From: the human T2T-CHM13v2.0 reference genome, Homo sapiens
Assembly (NCBI RefSeq): GCF_009914755.1
Contig: NC_060925.1
Strand: one strand, 5' to 3'
DNA length: 64,000 nucleotides
Shown: positions 58,890 to 64,000 of the stretch, one piece after another
Layout: the number at the start of each line of letters is the position of its first letter
Position numbering within the stretch: the first letter of the stretch is position 1
Notes under the pieces: generated by a model
Seen by the model: the letters and a program-made list of their open reading frames with translations, nothing else
Told to the model about the DNA's origin: nothing
Database searches by the model: none
Position numbers and translations under genes: made by a program

Positions 58890-59999
58890 GGAATGAATGA
58901 CCAACTATATTCATCAACGGAAGTCTTCTAAAAGATATTTACCTTTACTTACGTAAGCTGATTAAGGTTTATTTCATCTATTATGAGTAAGATATAAAAT
59001 GTTTGATTATGTATTTCTTTGGCTTTTTTTCTACAACAGAAGTTATTTTTTAATCCATAAGTACCATCGTAGGAAATTTAATAGAAATGTTCATGTAAAA
59101 CACTATCCAGTCCATTTTTGAATAACGATTTTAAATGGGTGGTCAAAATTATCACTAGGAGGACACCCTACTGTTCTTTGAATAGAATAAGAGAAACATA
59201 TTAAAAATCAAAAGGAAAAAATTAATTTTAGAGTATAACATAAGGAATGATGATTTCAAACAGCACTGTATATTATTAGCTCATAACTACTATCTACAAA
59301 ATGTCATGAAAATTAGATTTCAGATAGTAGATGAGGTTTGTCTCAGTGAAAAAAAGGTTTTAATAAATATTAAGCACGGAAGTATTTGGGGATGATGAAG
59401 ATTCGGTAATTAAGCATTAAACATGCAGTGATCCATTTGACACCAAAGAATTAAGGACACAAAAAATTGCTTAGCTAAATGCAACTGCCAAGAGGGTTGA
59501 ACTCACTATTTTTGTGCTCTAAAGAATGACAATTCATCTAGTAGCAAATCTTTCTTCACCGTTTATGAGTTGTTAGAAATACTGCATATTAGGATTAAAT
59601 AGGATTTTAGAGACACGGATTCTTAGAAATGAAGCAGGTTCTTAGCGATCCATTTCCTTTTCTATATAGAATTAATGTCTCCAGCATCCCAGGAAAATGT
59701 TAAGTAGAGATGGCTACAATATTCTCAATAGATGAGAAACTCACCATCTCACAAAGCAGGCTGTTCTGCTGCCGTATAATTCTAACTTTGTTGTTTAAAT
59801 CCTGTTCATGTCAAGAAGAAAATATACTCCTCTCCCCATCCCCTCAAAAAAGTACACAAAGATTAACTTACATAATACTTTGGAGGAATAATAGGTAAAA
59901 CAGGATTGATTCAGTTTCTAGATTAGCAAACTATATCCTTAGGCACTGAAACACTTTTTTTCCCCCATCATAAGCAGTTTTTGATAAGCATCTTTCAGG

Positions 60000-60230
60000 T
60001 AATATGGGATAGTAGACAGAGGGGAGGGTTTTCAATCAGAGAAGTCCGAGTTTGAATCCTGGCTCAGAGGTTTATTAGCATCTGCATGACCTTAAAAAGT
60101 GGCTTAAGCTCTCAAAATCTCATATTTCTTATTTCCTAAACCTTAAGGGTTGAGAGGATTAGACATAATGTATGTAAAGTACCTGGCACAGTTCTTGCTA
60201 CAAAGTAAATACTCAGTACATGCTAGCTAC
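60000..60230 (+). mobile_element. MIR SINE
   Basis: gagtttgaatcctggctc...atgtatgtaaagtacctggcacag. Confidence 0.75.
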
Positions 60231-60702
60231 AAATAGTTTGTCTCTTTAAATGTGCTGACCTTATTTTGACATTTTAATGATTCTGGGGTGATAATTCTGA
60301 GTATCAATGATTGTATAGCACTTTGAAATGGGTCACAGTGTTTATCACCACCTTAAAAGTGTCCAAAGCCTGCTTTCTCTAGTTCCATGGGTTGTTTTTA
60401 AATTTTTCTTCTTTATCCCTCCTTGTTGTCATATAATTGAGTTACAGCCTCTCACTCCCTTTCTTAGCCTTTTCTCATTTAGTCTTTTCTGGTCTTGGAA
60501 ACAAACTCTAGTTAGCTTTGTGTTTAATTGAAATAAGTGTCCATAGGTTCTTCACAGAGAGTCTGAGATCTTCTTCAAAATGAAGTATTCCCATTTAGGA
60601 GCCTAGGTTTTTGTGCACGTATTCTATGGCATGCATGTTGACTACGAGGAGGTTTTGCCTTCCCTGCAAGCTTCCAGACGGCTGTAATTGTCAGATGCCT
60701 AG

Positions 60703-61100
60703 TGATATAGTTTGGATGTCCTCCCTAGAGCTCATGTTGAAACGTAATCCCCAGTGTGGAAAGTCGGGCCTGGCGGTAGGTGGTTGGATCATGGGGACGG
60801 ATTTCTCGTGAGTGATTTAGCTGTCCTCGCAATAGTGAGTTCTCGTGAGACCTGGTTGTTTAAAAGTGTGTGGCATCTTCCCCGTCTCTCTCTTACTCCC
60901 GCTCTCCCCACGTGATGTACCGGCTCCCCTTAGGCTTCCTCTGTGATTGTGGGCTTTTGGAGGCCTCACCAGAAGCTGAGCAGATGCCTGGCGCCGTGCC
61001 TCCTATACAGCCTGCACAACAGTGAGCCAATGACTGTTTTCTTTGTAAATTACCCAGTATCAAGTATTTCTTTATAGCAATGCAAGAATGGCGTAATGCA
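60703..61100 (+). mobile_element. MSTB solo LTR
   Basis: tgatatagtttggatgt...ctcaccagaagctgagcagatgc...aagaatggcgtaatgca. Confidence 0.88.
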
Positions 61101-61839
61101 GCTGGCCTTTAGATAAGGACAGAAAATAGGTGGATGGGAAGGTGACAGAGTTAAATCCCTGTTTCTGATCTGTAAAATGGGACAAAAATTTTTGGCCTAT
61201 TTCACAACTGAACAGACATGAAAGATATGTTTAATATGAACAGACATATTAAACAGATAGACATGAAAGATATGAAAAACAGACATGAAAGCTCCCTATA
61301 AGTCCAACCTATCAATACTATTATATATTTTGCACACTCTTTAAAAAATGGATGATGAATATATTTGCAGTTTTATCTGGTAGAGTACAAAATATGTTTG
61401 CTTTCAGTTATATGACTCCTTTTCATGAGATCTGTATTATTACGGATTTTTCTGACACCCAGAGTGCTGTGCACAGATCTCATTTGTGAACCTTGATCCT
61501 AAATTGTGTTGTGACTTATTACTGTGGTGCTCAAAGTGTTTTCAGCAATGCCATGACTAACTTCTTTACTAGTGGGTAAAAATACAATAACTTTGCTTAT
61601 TTTTTATTTTACTAAGTCTAACAACATTTCACTTACTGATTCTACTAAGTTAAAAAAAAATCAATATAAAGTCATCCCCTGATTAGATTTGTCCTTCATT
61701 TTTTAATGATACATATGTGATACATGCATGTGAGGGTCCCAGCAAAGAAATAAAACTTGGACTTCCATCCTATTGTTGGAATACTCAAGTTTAATAAAGT
61801 GTGAATATTCCTGTGCTTAGAAAAACACATATTTGGTCC

Positions 61840-62359
61840 AAGTAGTTTCATGTTGCTACATGGCAGATTACTTCAAAACTTAGCAGCTTAAAACAACAAA
61901 CATTTATGATTTCAAAGTCTTTGTGGGTCAGGAATTTAACTAGGTGCGGCTTAATGGGTGCCTCTGGCACAGGTGCAGCTGGGGCTGGAGAATCTGCTTC
62001 CAAAACTAGTCACGTGGCTGTTGGCAAAACATAGAAGATCCACTTCCAAGCTCAGCTCACACATGCAGTTTCTCACCTGTGGGCCTCTCCTTAGGCTGCC
62101 TGGGTGTCCTCAGGGCACAGCAGCTGGTGATGAGAGACACAGAAAAGGGGCTGGGAGCTGGTGAGAAATATACCAGAAAAGAGCGCTCAAGACAAAAGCC
62201 ATGGTTTTTTGTAACTAAATATCAGAAGTGGCGTCTATCATTTTCGTTCTAGTCTATTTGTTAGAAGGGAATTGCATTCAAGGGAGGATAGGGATTGAAT
62301 AAAGGCATGAGTACCAGGAGACAGGGATCATTGAGGGATACTTTAGAAGTTGCCTAACA
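61840..62359 (-). mobile_element. MLT1F-like LTR
   Basis: caaaacttagcagcttaaaacaacaaacattta...ggcatgagtaccaggagacagggatcattg. Confidence 0.7.
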
Positions 62360-63069
62360 GTAGGGTTAGATGTCCAGGTTTGCAATTACTAAATTTTTCT
62401 TTATCCTCATAGCTGGGATATAATATACCTTTTTTTTTTTTTTAGCTTCACTAATGATCTTTCCATAGAACTATGAATTAGGTGCCTAAAGTATTTATCA
62501 CATAAATATCCTGGTTATGCTAATACTAAAAACACTGGAACAAACACGATCTTTTGTGGCATGTAACCTCTGTGGCACATCTAAAGTTCCAGTGGACTTA
62601 TCTGTGGGCATCTGACTCTATGGAGGGAGCAGGCCCCATGAGCCCCTGCAGAGCAGTGACAGAAGAGGGAACTAACACCCATGATCCTAAGAAGGGGAGG
62701 GCCCTGTCCTAGACATGCTTACATGGATTATCCTAATCTTCACCAAACCCACCAGGAAGGCCCTCTCCCCCTGAATTTATAGATGAAGAAAGTGAATTTA
62801 AGTAACTAACTCATGGCCACATAGGTGGAAGATGGCAGCAGAATCAGGATTGGTTTTCCAAGGTTATGGGGGGGTCCAAAGCCCATGCCATGACCACTGG
62901 CATACCATGCTGCATCCATGCCTTATGTCATTGTGTGGGGGCCTTAGTTTTTCCAAAGAAATATTTAATGAACAAATATCACATTCTGGAAAGTTGAAGG
63001 AAATTGGATGTGCAACCAATTTCTAAAAGTTTTGTGAATCAAAATAATAACAATAAATTTGTGTGTACA

Positions 63070-63713
<644 letters not shown>

Positions 63714-63714
63714 G

Positions 63715-64000
63715 GGCTGGGTGTAGTGGTTCACGCCTATAATCCCAACACTTTGTGAGGCGGAGGTGGGCAGATAGCTTGAGCCCATAAGTTCAAGTCC
63801 AACCTAGGCAACATGGTGAGACCCTGTCTTTACAAAAACTACAAAAAATTAGCCAGGTGTGGTGGTGTGTGCCTGTAGTCCCAGCTACCCAGGAGGCTGA
63901 GGTGGGAGGATCAACTGAGCCCACATGGTAGAGGCTACGGTGAGCCATGATCTCAGCACTGCCCTCCAGCCTGCGTGACAGAGTAAGGCCCTGTCTCAAA
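63715..64000 (+). mobile_element. AluJ (runs off window end)
   Basis: ttgagccca..agttcaag, gaggtgggaggatc, ccctgtctcaaa are AluJ-type features. Confidence 0.9.

Overview
Primate (very probably human) genomic DNA, intergenic or deep intronic. I recognise no host protein-coding gene, RNA gene, CpG island or CRISPR array. The only protein-like ORFs are decayed retrotransposon proteins (L1 ORF1/ORF2 and an L3/CR1 endonuclease remnant); the rest of the ORF track is Alu/LTR/chance ORFs. The window is dense in interspersed repeats (7 Alus, an L1PA element, older L1M pieces, many MaLR/ERVL solo LTRs, MIR/L2/L3, hAT elements). Between them lie TE-poor blocks (about 18.3-24.8 kb and 32.8-36.7 kb) that look like conserved non-coding/enhancer DNA. 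I found no new multi-gene system. The most notable items are structural. (1) A ~98% identical 274/278-bp inverted duplication of an ancient MLT1D LTR flanks a 1.03-kb spacer (candidate flippable segment); it has a perfect hairpin at one breakpoint and a candidate exon inside. (2) An L1PA with both termini whose 5'UTR/ORF1 start was removed exactly at the known L1 splice sites (a spliced retrotransposed copy, SpIRE type). (3) An Alu with a twin-priming 5' inversion. (4) A shuffled MLT1A/L1M/AluY block at the window start. (5) An MSTB LTR with unusual CpG excess. Repeat subfamily names come from remembered consensus sequences, not from a search, and boundaries of old repeats are approximate.
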